Shown here one piece after another: positions 51,860-60,848 of a stretch of 64,000 nucleotides of DNA. Position 1 is the stretch's first letter, and the number at the start of each line of letters is the position of its first letter. Both the position numbers and the translations under genes were made by a program. Below the pieces are notes generated by a model. That model worked only from the letters and a program-made list of their open reading frames with translations. It ran no database searches and was not told where the DNA came from. Source of the stretch: an uncultured Gemmatimonadales bacterium (lineage in GTDB: Bacteria > Gemmatimonadota > Gemmatimonadetes > Gemmatimonadales > GWC2-71-9); NCBI GenBank assembly GCA_963748815.1, contig CAVVKJ010000010.1, forward strand, positions 128,001-192,000, in the 5' to 3' direction.

Positions 51860-52198
51860 GGTACCTGTTGGCAACCCCTTGGGTCGGAGCCGCCGTTCAT
51901 TCACCAGAAATGCGATATTGACGAGCGACATCACGGTGATCCCGGTGGATACACTAACGGGGATCAGATTGAGCATGGCGAGACCGCAGAAGATGTCGGC
52001 CAGTGTCGGAAAAAGCATCCTCGTGGCGGGTACCGAGCCGCGGAGGAGAAACATGGCAATGCCACAGAGCAATACGACCGCGCCCAAGAACATCGTGGCC
52101 TCCGTGGCACGCCCGCTCGTATAGAGGTATCGCGCCAGCAGCAACGGCACGGCCAGTAGAACGACAAGAAGCGCGAGTCGACCGGCAGTGGATCTCAT
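51854..52198 (-). CDS. small membrane protein (second gene of a two-ORF cassette)
   Basis: Four hydrophobic segments; GGAG RBS; stop inside attC. Confidence 0.65.
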   Translation of the reverse strand: MRSTAGRLALLVVLLAVPLLLARYLYTSGRATEATMFLGAVVLLCGIAMFLLRGSVPATRMLFPTLADIFCGLAMLNLIPVSVSTGITVMSLVNIAFLVNERRLRPKGLPTGTA

Positions 52199-52254
52199 GG
52201 ACGTCTCCCCATACGAGGGTAGGCCTGCGCGAGCAACCCTTTGCGCGGCCCCGA

Positions 52255-52473
52255 CTACAGCACTTCCCTAGCCCCTGAGCCCTTCTTCGTACGAGCAGTG
52301 AGCCATCCCGCAATTGCGAGCGCCAACAATCCTTGTCCGATAACCGCGTAGATCCGCGTTGCGCTGGCCTCAGGATGGCTATCGGGTGTGATCAGCCAGT
52401 AGACCGCCTGGGCCGCCATCATCAACAGCATGCCGACCAGTACTCCAGACTTGAAGCCATTCCGAGTCTGCAT
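52255..52473 (-). CDS. small 2-TM protein (first gene of a two-ORF cassette)
   Basis: AAGGAG RBS just after the core site; two TM segments. Confidence 0.65.
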   Translation of the reverse strand: MQTRNGFKSGVLVGMLLMMAAQAVYWLITPDSHPEASATRIYAVIGQGLLALAIAGWLTARTKKGSGAREVL

Positions 52474-52492
52474 GACGCTCTCCTTGGTATCC

Positions 52493-52552
52493 GCCTAACG
52501 CTCCGGTTCAGTGGCGGCGCGCAGCGCCGTCCACTGCAACCGGTTGTTAGCT
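52493..52552 (-). repeat. attC, short 60-bp type unrelated to the resident family
   Basis: GCCTAACGCTCCGGTTCAGTGGCGGCGCGCAGCGCCGTCCACTGCAACCGGTTGTTAGCT. Confidence 0.92.
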
Positions 52553-53825
52553 GGCGCATAAAGTGATAGGCGTTCGTTTAGTTAGTAGGAACCAGAGACA
52601 AGGCGCCCAAAGATTCGAGGCAGCCGCGATGAGCGTCTTCGGAGCGGCCGCGTCCTCTGCGAGATTGTCTGCGACCCTCCTCAACTCTTCGAGTCGCTCG
52701 GTTACGATACGTCTCGCGATACCTGGAATCTGATGGAAGGGGAACATGCCTTGACATTGCGAACGACGGTCCCGCCCGCTCACCATGCCCGCTCTCGCCT
52801 GCCGGAAGAAGGGTCAGCGCCTCACCCAGTGGTTTCACCACGACGGGCATTCCGACGACCGCCACGTGAGCAAACCACTCCACTTGCGCGCGGCTGGCCG
52901 TTGGGTTACTAAATACATACTGCAGCATTCGCAGTAAGAGCATGTAAATCTCATCAAACAGCTCCGACACAGCGCACGCATACGGATCCGTAAGACGCGT
53001 GGTCACGCACAAGGGATCATTGCCATAGTCGCCGCGCGCGCGCGCAATCGGGTTGATCACAGCTAGCCTCGCCGGCTCGAATACGGCGGGCTCTTCTGCA
53101 ACCGCAGCCATTTCGTCCTCGTACTCTTTGAGTACTTCGATGAAGGCGCCGTAGTGGGAGTTCACAGGGTCAGCAGGATTTCCTTCACCCTGCTCAATGA
53201 TCATGTCTATCGCTGCAAATGCGCTCTCGCGATCGACGACGCTGATGACGTCAGGAAAATCGACCAGATCACGGCCGACTTGCAGGTCGGGGTTGCCGAT
53301 GAACAGCGCGTCCGATGCTATGGTCTCAAACCCCCTGCGAATGAGCGAGTACAGTTCGCCGACGCTCGTATACGTGGGGTTTGACATTTCGGTCTGCGGG
53401 ATCCCCAAATCTGTTCCGCATGCCTCCTCCGCTGGCAGGGTCTGCGGTCGTTCGTAGAACACGAACCTGCGCATGGCGTGTAGCCCAAAGGGTTCCAGCG
53501 ACAGATTCGCTTGAATAGGATAGTACTTAGCGTTCTGAGGGAAGTTCGGGCGGAGGTAGTACGGAGTGCCACCAATAGCCGACAACAAGTTCCACGCCTG
53601 GCCAAGGTGCAGCATCTCCTCGGACGCGACGAAGTAGATTTGAGCTGCCCACTTCCGCACCAACTGAACCTGCTTCCAAGTGATATTGCCCTCACTTAGG
53701 TCCTGCTTCAGTGTAAACGCACTGTAGAGATAGGAACACGTCAGCCCGTGCTCCAACTCGCATGCTTCTGAGAGCAGGCTAAGCAAGTCGGAGCGAGTAC
53801 TCGGCACGCGCAGACGTCGACTCAT
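52547..53825 (-). CDS. ferritin-like domain protein (VioB C-terminal-like; probable frameshift near 52720)
   Basis: ACELEHGL...YLYSAFTLK, EEMLHL, FVFYERP, IIEQGEG, SHY; the alternative frame ends in a stop inside attC. Confidence 0.8.
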
Positions 53826-55504
53826 GGCGACCCTCGCTTCAAGTCTTGGAGAGACCTTTCGATGGTCGAAAGACTTCTCAGTAGGACTGCAATGGCGGTA
53901 AGTGTGGGATTCGCGGTCCCAGACGTGGGAAAGACCGATGACCCCACAATGTAAAGGTTTCGATGATCGTGGCTTTGACACATCGGCGTGACAACCGAGC
54001 TTCTTGCATCGTTGCCCATGCGGCACGTGCCGATGATGTGATTGGCGCTCGAATACGCGCTCGGGTCTGGTGGAAAGACCGTTTCAAGTGCTCCAAGTCG
54101 TTGGAACATCTCTCTGATCACTCGCTGTGCTATTGCAAATGAGTCTGTCTGGTAGGAAGACGGCCTGAAAGCGATCTTCGGTTTTGGGATGCCCATCTCA
54201 TCCAGATCGTTTGAGAGCGTTACCTTATTGTCCCGCCCGGGGAGTGTCTCGGTCGAATAGCTGATTCGAAATTGGGCCGACAGCCTACTCCGTATTCTCT
54301 CCCGGAGTACGCGGCCGAAGAGAGGGGGCGCGTTGCCGCCCTGACGCACGAGTCTCGTCAGTGTATCGTAGGGTCCTCGCACCAGCCCCCAGCCATCATT
54401 ACCAATCGACATGCGGAACGCTGAGTGGCGCGCCCGAAACGCACCGTCGCGGAATGAATCGATACCTGATGTCGTCGGTGGCCCGCGAAACGGGTAAACG
54501 GGAAACGGCAGTATTGCCGCAGCTTGCCCTTGCAGATGATCCATCAGGCATTGGCCGACATACCCGCTTGAGTTGGCGACACCGGTAGGTGAATTGATGC
54601 CGGCTGATAGCAGTAAGATCTTCGGCGTTTCTATGGCGTGTGCAGCCAGAACGACGAGCCGCGCTCGGATAGTTGCCCGCGCTAGATCGGGCCAGCGTAG
54701 GTACTCAACCGCCTGGATCAGTCTGTCTTCGCCCACTAGGAGCTTTGTGACAACACAACGTTCCATCAACACGGCACCTGCAGCCACCGCCTTCTTAACA
54801 TGCACCGTTGCGTCATACTTCGCTCCGATTGGGCAGATCGGGTCGCAAGTGGAATTGCCAGCACAGGGAGGCCTCCCATCGTATGGCTGTGAATTGCGCG
54901 CCTGTGGTGTCCCCATTATTCGGAGTGGGACCCCTTCGACAATCAAGCCATTGATGCCGTCCGCTACCCGGCCGTCCCCATAGCTCGCCCACACCTCGGA
55001 CATGGGAAACGGTTTGCTCCTAAATGCACCAAAGTAGTTTTGCCACTCTTCATGGTTGCCCGAAACGCCCAACTCGTGTTCAGCCTCGCCGTAATACTCC
55101 TCTAGATCTCCATACCCGATCGGCCAATCGACCCCAATCCCGTAAGTTGAGTGCAGCAGAAAGTCGCTAGGAATAAACCTCGGAACATTTCCCCTCCAAT
55201 GCCATGTCGATCCGCCAGTTCGCCTCGTGTACGTGGACTTGAAAGCGGCGTCTGGCTGGTCGTAGTAAGGATCACTACCGCCATCTGGGCTCGGGACCCA
55301 CTTCGACGCTTCCGTTCCTCTGTACGGGGAGTTCATCGTCTTCTTTGACGCCGTAACGTAGTTGGCTACGAGCGTCGCGCGCGCTGGACCCGTCTCGCCC
55401 GCTTCCACGATTACAACTCGGTGACCTCTCGACGCGAACCGGTGCGCGGCAATAGCACCGCACACACCCGAGCCGATCACGACTATGTCAGTTTCTTCGA
55501 TCAT
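53822..55504 (-). CDS. GMC family FAD oxidoreductase (sugar dehydrogenase large-subunit type)
   Basis: IGSGVCG, GGSTWHW, CAGNSTCDPICPIGAKY, LMDH, HIIGTCRMG, NPTLT. Confidence 0.9.
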   Translation of the reverse strand: MIEETDIVVIGSGVCGAIAAHRFASRGHRVVIVEAGETGPARATLVANYVTASKKTMNSPYRGTEASKWVPSPDGGSDPYYDQPDAAFKSTYTRRTGGSTWHWRGNVPRFIPSDFLLHSTYGIGVDWPIGYGDLEEYYGEAEHELGVSGNHEEWQNYFGAFRSKPFPMSEVWASYGDGRVADGINGLIVEGVPLRIMGTPQARNSQPYDGRPPCAGNSTCDPICPIGAKYDATVHVKKAVAAGAVLMERCVVTKLLVGEDRLIQAVEYLRWPDLARATIRARLVVLAAHAIETPKILLLSAGINSPTGVANSSGYVGQCLMDHLQGQAAAILPFPVYPFRGPPTTSGIDSFRDGAFRARHSAFRMSIGNDGWGLVRGPYDTLTRLVRQGGNAPPLFGRVLRERIRSRLSAQFRISYSTETLPGRDNKVTLSNDLDEMGIPKPKIAFRPSSYQTDSFAIAQRVIREMFQRLGALETVFPPDPSAYSSANHIIGTCRMGNDARSSVVTPMCQSHDHRNLYIVGSSVFPTSGTANPTLTAIAVLLRSLSTIERSLQDLKRGSP

Positions 55505-55509
55505 CTCGA

Positions 55510-55923
55510 TCAGTTCTCCGGCGGGTAATGCCAGTACCCAAAGTAGCCGCCCGACAACGCTGGCGGATGGGCCCCGATGACGTCCCAGAGCAGTGCCCGG
55601 AAGTGATGCTCGGGCTTCCCGAATATCAACTCGATTTGCCCCTTGTCATCAAATGCCATGGTCGCAGAGCTGTACCAAAGGACGATGATCTGCTCCGCTA
55701 GGCTTCTTAGGACTGGGTCAGAGGCAAGGGTCGCCGCTATCGACTCATCATCGATCGTGCCTAGTGCCTTTAGCTCGCCGTAAGAGGCAAGAAGTCGATT
55801 TAGCACCCTCTCCAACCCGAGACTGCGCAGTCGCTCCTCATACTCCGAGGCAAGGTCGGCGGGAAGGTCATCAACGCCCGTAAACGCTGTGGACAATTCG
55901 ATGAAGAGAGATCTAGTCGACAT
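55510..55923 (-). CDS. sugar dehydrogenase small (gamma) subunit-like protein
   Basis: FIELSTAFTG...IIVLWY...ALLWDVIGAHPP..SGGYFGYW..PP; adjacent to the GMC gene. Confidence 0.75.
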   Translation of the reverse strand: MSTRSLFIELSTAFTGVDDLPADLASEYEERLRSLGLERVLNRLLASYGELKALGTIDDESIAATLASDPVLRSLAEQIIVLWYSSATMAFDDKGQIELIFGKPEHHFRALLWDVIGAHPPALSGGYFGYWHYPPEN

Positions 55924-57616
55924 CGAAAAGCTCCCAGAAGCTATATGCGGTCATGCCGGTAGGAGGTGCTTCACCTGGTATGGCGATTCGCACGCGGGGG
56001 CGCGGGCGAGCATCATCTAGTTTTGCCGACTCATCCGCAATTCTCCAGTCGTGCTCGAATAGCTGTTGGTAATAGGCGGCTACATCTTCGTGCTCGACGA
56101 CAAGGCTCGCATCTCTATTCGATGTCATTCCGGCGTTAGTAAAGTTGTGACTGCCAATCAGGACCGTCCGGCCATCGGCGATGATTCCCTTGTTATGGCA
56201 TCCGGGCTGAAAACGAATCTTGTCGACGTCGAATCCTTTGGCGCGATACACGTCGAGCCGATCTTCGACATTGTCGAATGGAAACACGCGTAGAAGCAGC
56301 CTAAAGTCTCTGATTTCGCGAGACTTCGCCGCAAGAAGCCGAGTGAACTCTGTGTAGTTATTGTCCTGATCTTCCTCACTCTTCAGGAAGGCAAGACTCT
56401 GATTCTGGACCAACAACTGGCTCTGTGCCTGCTGTACCAGCGTCATTACCGCTTCGATGTACGCATCCCCTGGCGTAAGCAGTGGCACGACTCGGTGTTG
56501 CCTATCTGCTGTAAAGAAGAATTCCGCCGGTGCGACGAACGTGTCATACGGGAACTCCTTCGGCGGCTGGTCGAGGAAGATCATGGGCCCCGCTGCCGCG
56601 ATGACGAACCTCGCGGGCGCGGCTTCACTCTGGGCAGCTCGGAGGTCTCTTTCGATGATCTCCGCCAAAGCGTCTGATGCGGCGGCGTGGTCACAGATCA
56701 CATGCCATTCACGGTTGCACTTTGGTAGACGCTCATTGGTGCGGTCAGCCCCTAGGGGATCGAGGTTTGGCTGATTCGAGGACTGCCAACTTCCGCTTGA
56801 AAGCCAGAAGGAACCACGGTCACGAACCGCCAACTTGATGTGGTAGTGAAATCCGCCGCGCATTGACGCGAACGAGTGATCGAAGCCGCTGCCAAAGCAC
56901 CTAGCAAATCTCTGCACATGCTCAGCCTCTGTGCGATCGAACTCCTTCATGCTCCCCTTTCCGCCGATCACCAGCCTGCTATCGAGTGTCAGCTTGAAAG
57001 TCTGTACACGACGGGCGACGTCCTGGCACAGCAGATCGCCAACGTGCGGAGCTGTTAACTCGTACATCCCAACAACTAATTCTTGTTGGGCGTTTCGGAG
57101 GAATTCGCGCAACCCCCTCCATCCTGCATCAGGGCTCGCGTGGCAAAGGAGCCTCAAGGGTCCTTGCAGTGGTTGCAGCGTTCCGTTGCCTCGCATCCGA
57201 TCGGCTAGCTCAGCGCGGCGTTCGCGCGCCGCGCGCGTAGCGCTCCTTGATCGCGGCGCGGGGACCCCAATCGCCTCCGGCAAGAACGGATACCCAAGCA
57301 GCGTCTCCAGTTCGGATAGCATTTCCTCATGTATGCCGTATTTGGCCGGCTGCGCAAACAGCGCCTTAAGGGGGCTCGCTTCGACCACGTCCACGTTCTC
57401 AGCTCCGAACAGGGTTTGCAGATCCTCTTCCGGCGCCAAAGAGCTCTGGCTAACCTTCCGCTCCACGGTGACCACGACAGTCGGCGTGTCCGCCACTGCG
57501 CGGCCACCTTGCTTTCGCACGCCTGGCTCCAAAGCAAGAACACCCGGCAAGCTCAGCGCGCGCGCCGCCTTGTCTCGCACGAGCGACCGCACGTAATCCG
57601 CCGTCCTAATCGTCAT
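55913..57616 (-). CDS. phospholipase D superfamily protein with two HKD motifs
   Basis: HIKLAVRD...SSGSW and HNKGIIAD...IGSHNFT. Confidence 0.88.
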   Translation of the reverse strand: MTIRTADYVRSLVRDKAARALSLPGVLALEPGVRKQGGRAVADTPTVVVTVERKVSQSSLAPEEDLQTLFGAENVDVVEASPLKALFAQPAKYGIHEEMLSELETLLGYPFLPEAIGVPAPRSRSATRAARERRAELADRMRGNGTLQPLQGPLRLLCHASPDAGWRGLREFLRNAQQELVVGMYELTAPHVGDLLCQDVARRVQTFKLTLDSRLVIGGKGSMKEFDRTEAEHVQRFARCFGSGFDHSFASMRGGFHYHIKLAVRDRGSFWLSSGSWQSSNQPNLDPLGADRTNERLPKCNREWHVICDHAAASDALAEIIERDLRAAQSEAAPARFVIAAAGPMIFLDQPPKEFPYDTFVAPAEFFFTADRQHRVVPLLTPGDAYIEAVMTLVQQAQSQLLVQNQSLAFLKSEEDQDNNYTEFTRLLAAKSREIRDFRLLLRVFPFDNVEDRLDVYRAKGFDVDKIRFQPGCHNKGIIADGRTVLIGSHNFTNAGMTSNRDASLVVEHEDVAAYYQQLFEHDWRIADESAKLDDARPRPRVRIAIPGEAPPTGMTAYSFWELFDVD

Positions 57617-58476
57617 GGCCGCATCCTCGATGGGATTAGGTCATCCTGTCCGAGCTTCAGAGCCGTCAACGCGTCACGCAAGACGTCATAGAACTCAGTC
57701 GTGGTAGGCTCAAGGCCCTGCGTGTTTCCCCAGAAGATCTTTAACGCCTCAACCCCATCGGCGGTGTTCCCTGCGGTAACAATTGCTTCTTGAAGTATTC
57801 TGCGTTCTTCTACGTCGCGAATGGTGACTACAATTGGATCGCTCGGGATAGGCTTTGATCGAGCGACCCGGACTAAGACATCCTCGGCGTCTCCGTAACC
57901 AGGTTGTCTTGCGAGATCGATGATTACCCCGTCGTGGCCTGCTCCTAGATCGACCTTTCCTTCGTATACCGCCCGCGCTACTGTTTCGTGGCCCTTCAGG
58001 AACTCTATCCGGTTGAATGCGAATATCGGATGCATAGCAGCCTCCTTCAACATGAAGGCCGGAATCAGGAAGTTCGACGTTGAGTACGAGTGGCCGTAGC
58101 CGACAGACCGCCCAGCCGCATCCTGTAGGCTTCGAATCGCACTCTTCTTGTGCGCATAAAGCTGAGCAAAGTAGACCACGCCGACTTTGCCGTCGATAAT
58201 GCGCTTAGCGATCGCCACCGCTTCAGCATCCCCCGTTCGATTCCGCGCAAAGACGAATCCCAGAGGATTCATGAGCGCTATGTCCACCGCCCGTTCAGCA
58301 ACTTGATTAATCTGCTCTGGCACGTCGACGGGCGGCAGGAGACGGATCTCAGGGTTGTTTTGGCCGAGTCTTCTCAACTCGACCTCGACGAGTCGCGCAA
58401 ACTTTGCAATTTGGTCAGCGATCACGGTTTGCGGGACGTTCTGCGTTAACCATGGGTAGTAACTCAATCGGTACAT
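57613..58476 (-). CDS. PhnD/SsuA-type substrate-binding-fold protein without signal peptide
   Basis: DIALMNPLGFV, STSNFLIP, GHETVARAVYEGKVDLGA, SKPIPSDP; GGAGG RBS. Confidence 0.8.
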   Translation of the reverse strand: MYRLSYYPWLTQNVPQTVIADQIAKFARLVEVELRRLGQNNPEIRLLPPVDVPEQINQVAERAVDIALMNPLGFVFARNRTGDAEAVAIAKRIIDGKVGVVYFAQLYAHKKSAIRSLQDAAGRSVGYGHSYSTSNFLIPAFMLKEAAMHPIFAFNRIEFLKGHETVARAVYEGKVDLGAGHDGVIIDLARQPGYGDAEDVLVRVARSKPIPSDPIVVTIRDVEERRILQEAIVTAGNTADGVEALKIFWGNTQGLEPTTTEFYDVLRDALTALKLGQDDLIPSRMRP

Positions 58477-58507
58477 GATGTCCTCCAGATTGCGAGTCCG
58501 TTGTGCC

Positions 58508-58634
58508 AGCTAACGACTGGCGCATCAGCTGCGAGGGCGCTCGCGGCAGCCGCCGCGCGACCTCCCAGCAGTATCAGGCGCGGCGGCTGCCGCCGCAAGA
58601 GCGCGCCCTCGACTGCTGCATGCGCTGGTTAGGC
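58508..58634 (-). repeat. attC, 128-bp family, subtype B
   Basis: AGCTAACGACTGG...AGTATCAGG...GTTAGGC. Confidence 0.92.
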
Positions 58635-58641
58635 GGCTGGT

Positions 58642-59106
58642 TCACTGAGGAAGCGGCTTCCCAGGACCTAACAGGGCTCGAACCGCCTCGCCCTGACCTG
58701 ACTCAAATATCGGGGAGCACCAACCGATTGGAATGCTGTCGGCGTCGTCGGGCACCAGGAGCAAATAGGTCTTGCCTGTAAGGAGGGTTCGATCGCAGGA
58801 ATCGCCCGGCGTGTGATTGGCGTCATACACAACAATTGTGGCTCGCGGCGCCCCCTTCCAGACTCGGCTGACGAGCATGACGGCATGGTCGAAGCCTGAA
58901 AACGTATGGACCCTCCCAAACACGATTGCCTCGCCAGAGAGTAGGTAATGCGCGACGATGGTGCCTTCCACGATCAACCCGGCCGAGTCAATGAGCGCCT
59001 GAGGCGGTAGGCGGCGGTCACAAACACAGCGCCCGCCATCGGCGCATTCGGCGGACGGCGAAGCGCCGGCGAGCAAGAGTGGGATGAGCAGGAGTGTGTG
59101 CTTCAT
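58642..59106 (-). CDS. secreted Cys-containing protein, TIMP/NTR-like (cassette)
   Basis: Signal peptide; CVC...IVEGTIV...VSRVWKG...SC...GKTYLL...WCS. Confidence 0.65.
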   Translation of the reverse strand: MKHTLLLIPLLLAGASPSAECADGGRCVCDRRLPPQALIDSAGLIVEGTIVAHYLLSGEAIVFGRVHTFSGFDHAVMLVSRVWKGAPRATIVVYDANHTPGDSCDRTLLTGKTYLLLVPDDADSIPIGWCSPIFESGQGEAVRALLGPGKPLPQ

Positions 59107-59119
59107 GTTGTGCCAGTCC

Positions 59120-59248
59120 GCCTAACGAATGGCGCATCAGCTGCGAGGGCGCTCGCGGCAGCCGCCGCGCGACCTCGCATCTAGTATAAAGCGCGGCGGC
59201 TGCCGCAGACTAGAGCGCGCCCTCGACAGCTGCATGCGCTGGTTAGAC
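59120..59248 (-). repeat. attC, 128-bp family
   Basis: GCCTAAC...GTTAGAC. Confidence 0.93.
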
Positions 59249-59260
59249 AGCGACGGCCAC

Positions 59261-59959
59261 CTATCTGGTCAACTGCCATCTAGTACAAACGTCGACGCTC
59301 ACTCTGACCTCGCCCGGCGTAAGATCTGCGATTGAGGAGCGCACCGACGAAGCACCGACCACCGTAATCTCAGAAACATTGACATTGCCGAAACGATCGA
59401 CAGTACACCGAGCCGTCGAGACGTCGAGCAGCAGCCCAAGCTGGCCTCCAGCAGCTTTTGCGAGCACAAGCGCATCTCGCCGGGCCGCATCGACTGCCTC
59501 AGCAAGTAGGCGCTCGCGTGCCACGGCGGCGCTATCAGATTCGAAGTCGATTCTGCTCACCTCGGTCGCGCCTGCCGCGAGGGCCGAATCGATCACCAGC
59601 CCTAGTCTGTCGAGTGGTTGGACAACGATAGTAATTGCTGCGGACGCCTGGTAGAAGAGCAGCTTTTGTGTTTCATAGTCTGAGTTACCACGAACCATGA
59701 ATGACACCAATTGAACTTGAGTGTCACTGAGGCCTTGCCGACGCATCGACTCCATGATCCGGCGCTGCCGCAGCCCATTCTCTGCGGATGCCTCGGAGGC
59801 TGAAGAGCCGCGCGTCTCAACCTCTAGGTGGACCTCAGCCCAACTTGGAGGCAGACTCGCTTGGCGGCTGCCCATCGTGGTGATGACGCTGGTCGGGACC
59901 TCCTGGGCCTGGGCACCAGCGGGGAGAAGCGTGGCCAGAATTAGAAGGGCGCTTCGCAT
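59261..59959 (-). CDS. SIMPL/DUF541 family periplasmic protein (cassette)
   Basis: Signal peptide; LGLVIDSALAAGAT, EAVDAARRDA.VLAKAAG.QLG, PGEVRVSVDV. Confidence 0.85.
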   Translation of the reverse strand: MRSALLILATLLPAGAQAQEVPTSVITTMGSRQASLPPSWAEVHLEVETRGSSASEASAENGLRQRRIMESMRRQGLSDTQVQLVSFMVRGNSDYETQKLLFYQASAAITIVVQPLDRLGLVIDSALAAGATEVSRIDFESDSAAVARERLLAEAVDAARRDALVLAKAAGGQLGLLLDVSTARCTVDRFGNVNVSEITVVGASSVRSSIADLTPGEVRVSVDVCTRWQLTR

Positions 59960-59984
59960 AGTGGCTCGAGGTGATGAGGTCGCT

Positions 59985-60112
59985 GTCTAACGAATGGCGC
60001 ATCAGCTGCGAGGGCGCTCGCGGCAGCCGCCGCGCAGCCTCGCATCTAGTATAAAGCGCGGCGGCTGCCGCAGATAGAGCGCGCCCTCGACAGCTGCATG
60101 CGCTGGTTAGGT
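59985..60112 (-). repeat. attC, 128-bp family
   Basis: GTCTAAC...GTTAGGT. Confidence 0.93.
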
Positions 60113-60152
60113 GGCGGGGCCGAACACTGAGCCGACTATCCCCGCCCCAGGG

Positions 60153-60632
60153 CTAGGGGGCGGCGCCCTGTGTGACAACATAGGAATTCGATGTCACTGT
60201 ACGCGGTGTGGATTCATAGAGGTACTGCCATTCCATCTTGATCCGATACGTCCCCGGCGCATCTGCCGCGTCCAAGGGAACCGGCGGCACGAGAGTGGAA
60301 CTCAGGGACTGGAGCACAAAGGGCTCATGCTCCGTCGGTTCGCAGACGACCGGGGGGAACGGTCCTGGCGCCCAACTCCCATCCAGCTGTTGCTGCTCCC
60401 ATCGAAGCACAGCGCTAAACGGGAACACATCCGAGAGGCAGAGCTGGAACTGAATGTCCACCGGAGTGGCATTCTGAAGTGTCAACTGCAAGGGCGTGTT
60501 GGGAGCACCTGGGACCATCACGTAGGTCTTGGCGTCCGTGGCGAGCGTAACGGTCCCCGAGGGATCCGTTGATGAACAGGCCACTTGGAAGCCCAGCAAC
60601 AGCAGAGAGGATGCTAGGTGGAATGGGCGCAT
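60153..60632 (-). CDS. lipoprotein (first cassette)
   Basis: LLLLGFQVAC lipobox; Ig-like beta body. Confidence 0.7.
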   Translation of the reverse strand: MRPFHLASSLLLLGFQVACSSTDPSGTVTLATDAKTYVMVPGAPNTPLQLTLQNATPVDIQFQLCLSDVFPFSAVLRWEQQQLDGSWAPGPFPPVVCEPTEHEPFVLQSLSSTLVPPVPLDAADAPGTYRIKMEWQYLYESTPRTVTSNSYVVTQGAAP

Positions 60633-60743
60633 GGGGGCAGCCTCTCGCGGTCGATGTTTGATGGCCTAGTGTCGGGGTCGGGGCAGATGCCGGCGAAGCG
60701 GGGATATCTGTACCACACCCACACGTCGGCAACGGGCCACGCC

Positions 60744-60816
60744 ACCTAACGTACATTGGACTGCAACCACTCAGAGGACGCCCCCGAGCAACCACTGCGG
60801 CCCGTTGCAGTCCAAT
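60744..60816 (-). other. candidate attI site
   Basis: Lone core GTTAGGT (plus strand ACCTAAC 60744-60750) whose flank mirrors the first cassette's R''; no attC body; adjacent 13-bp inverted repeat. Confidence 0.7.
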
Positions 60817-60819
60817 CCA

Positions 60820-60848
60820 ATGGTATGTGAAGGGGCGCGGTTTGGAAA
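60820..60848 (-). promoter_or_regulatory. candidate Pc cassette promoter
   Basis: TTTCCA-17-TACCAT pointing toward attI. Confidence 0.35.

Noticed and set aside
52215..52260. Hairpin between the two membrane-protein ORFs as a lost attC
   Set aside because: No AAC/GTT cores, and the outer ends of the whole 51853-52499 segment already match each other.
47958..60112. Repeats as a CRISPR array or REP/MITE family
   Set aside because: Units are ~128 bp, separated by whole genes, have attC R/L boxes, and no cas genes or target duplications are visible.
47927..60112. Short ORFs such as MAHQLRGRSRQPPR... and ...KARRLPQIERALD...
   Set aside because: They are translations of the attC repeat, not genes.
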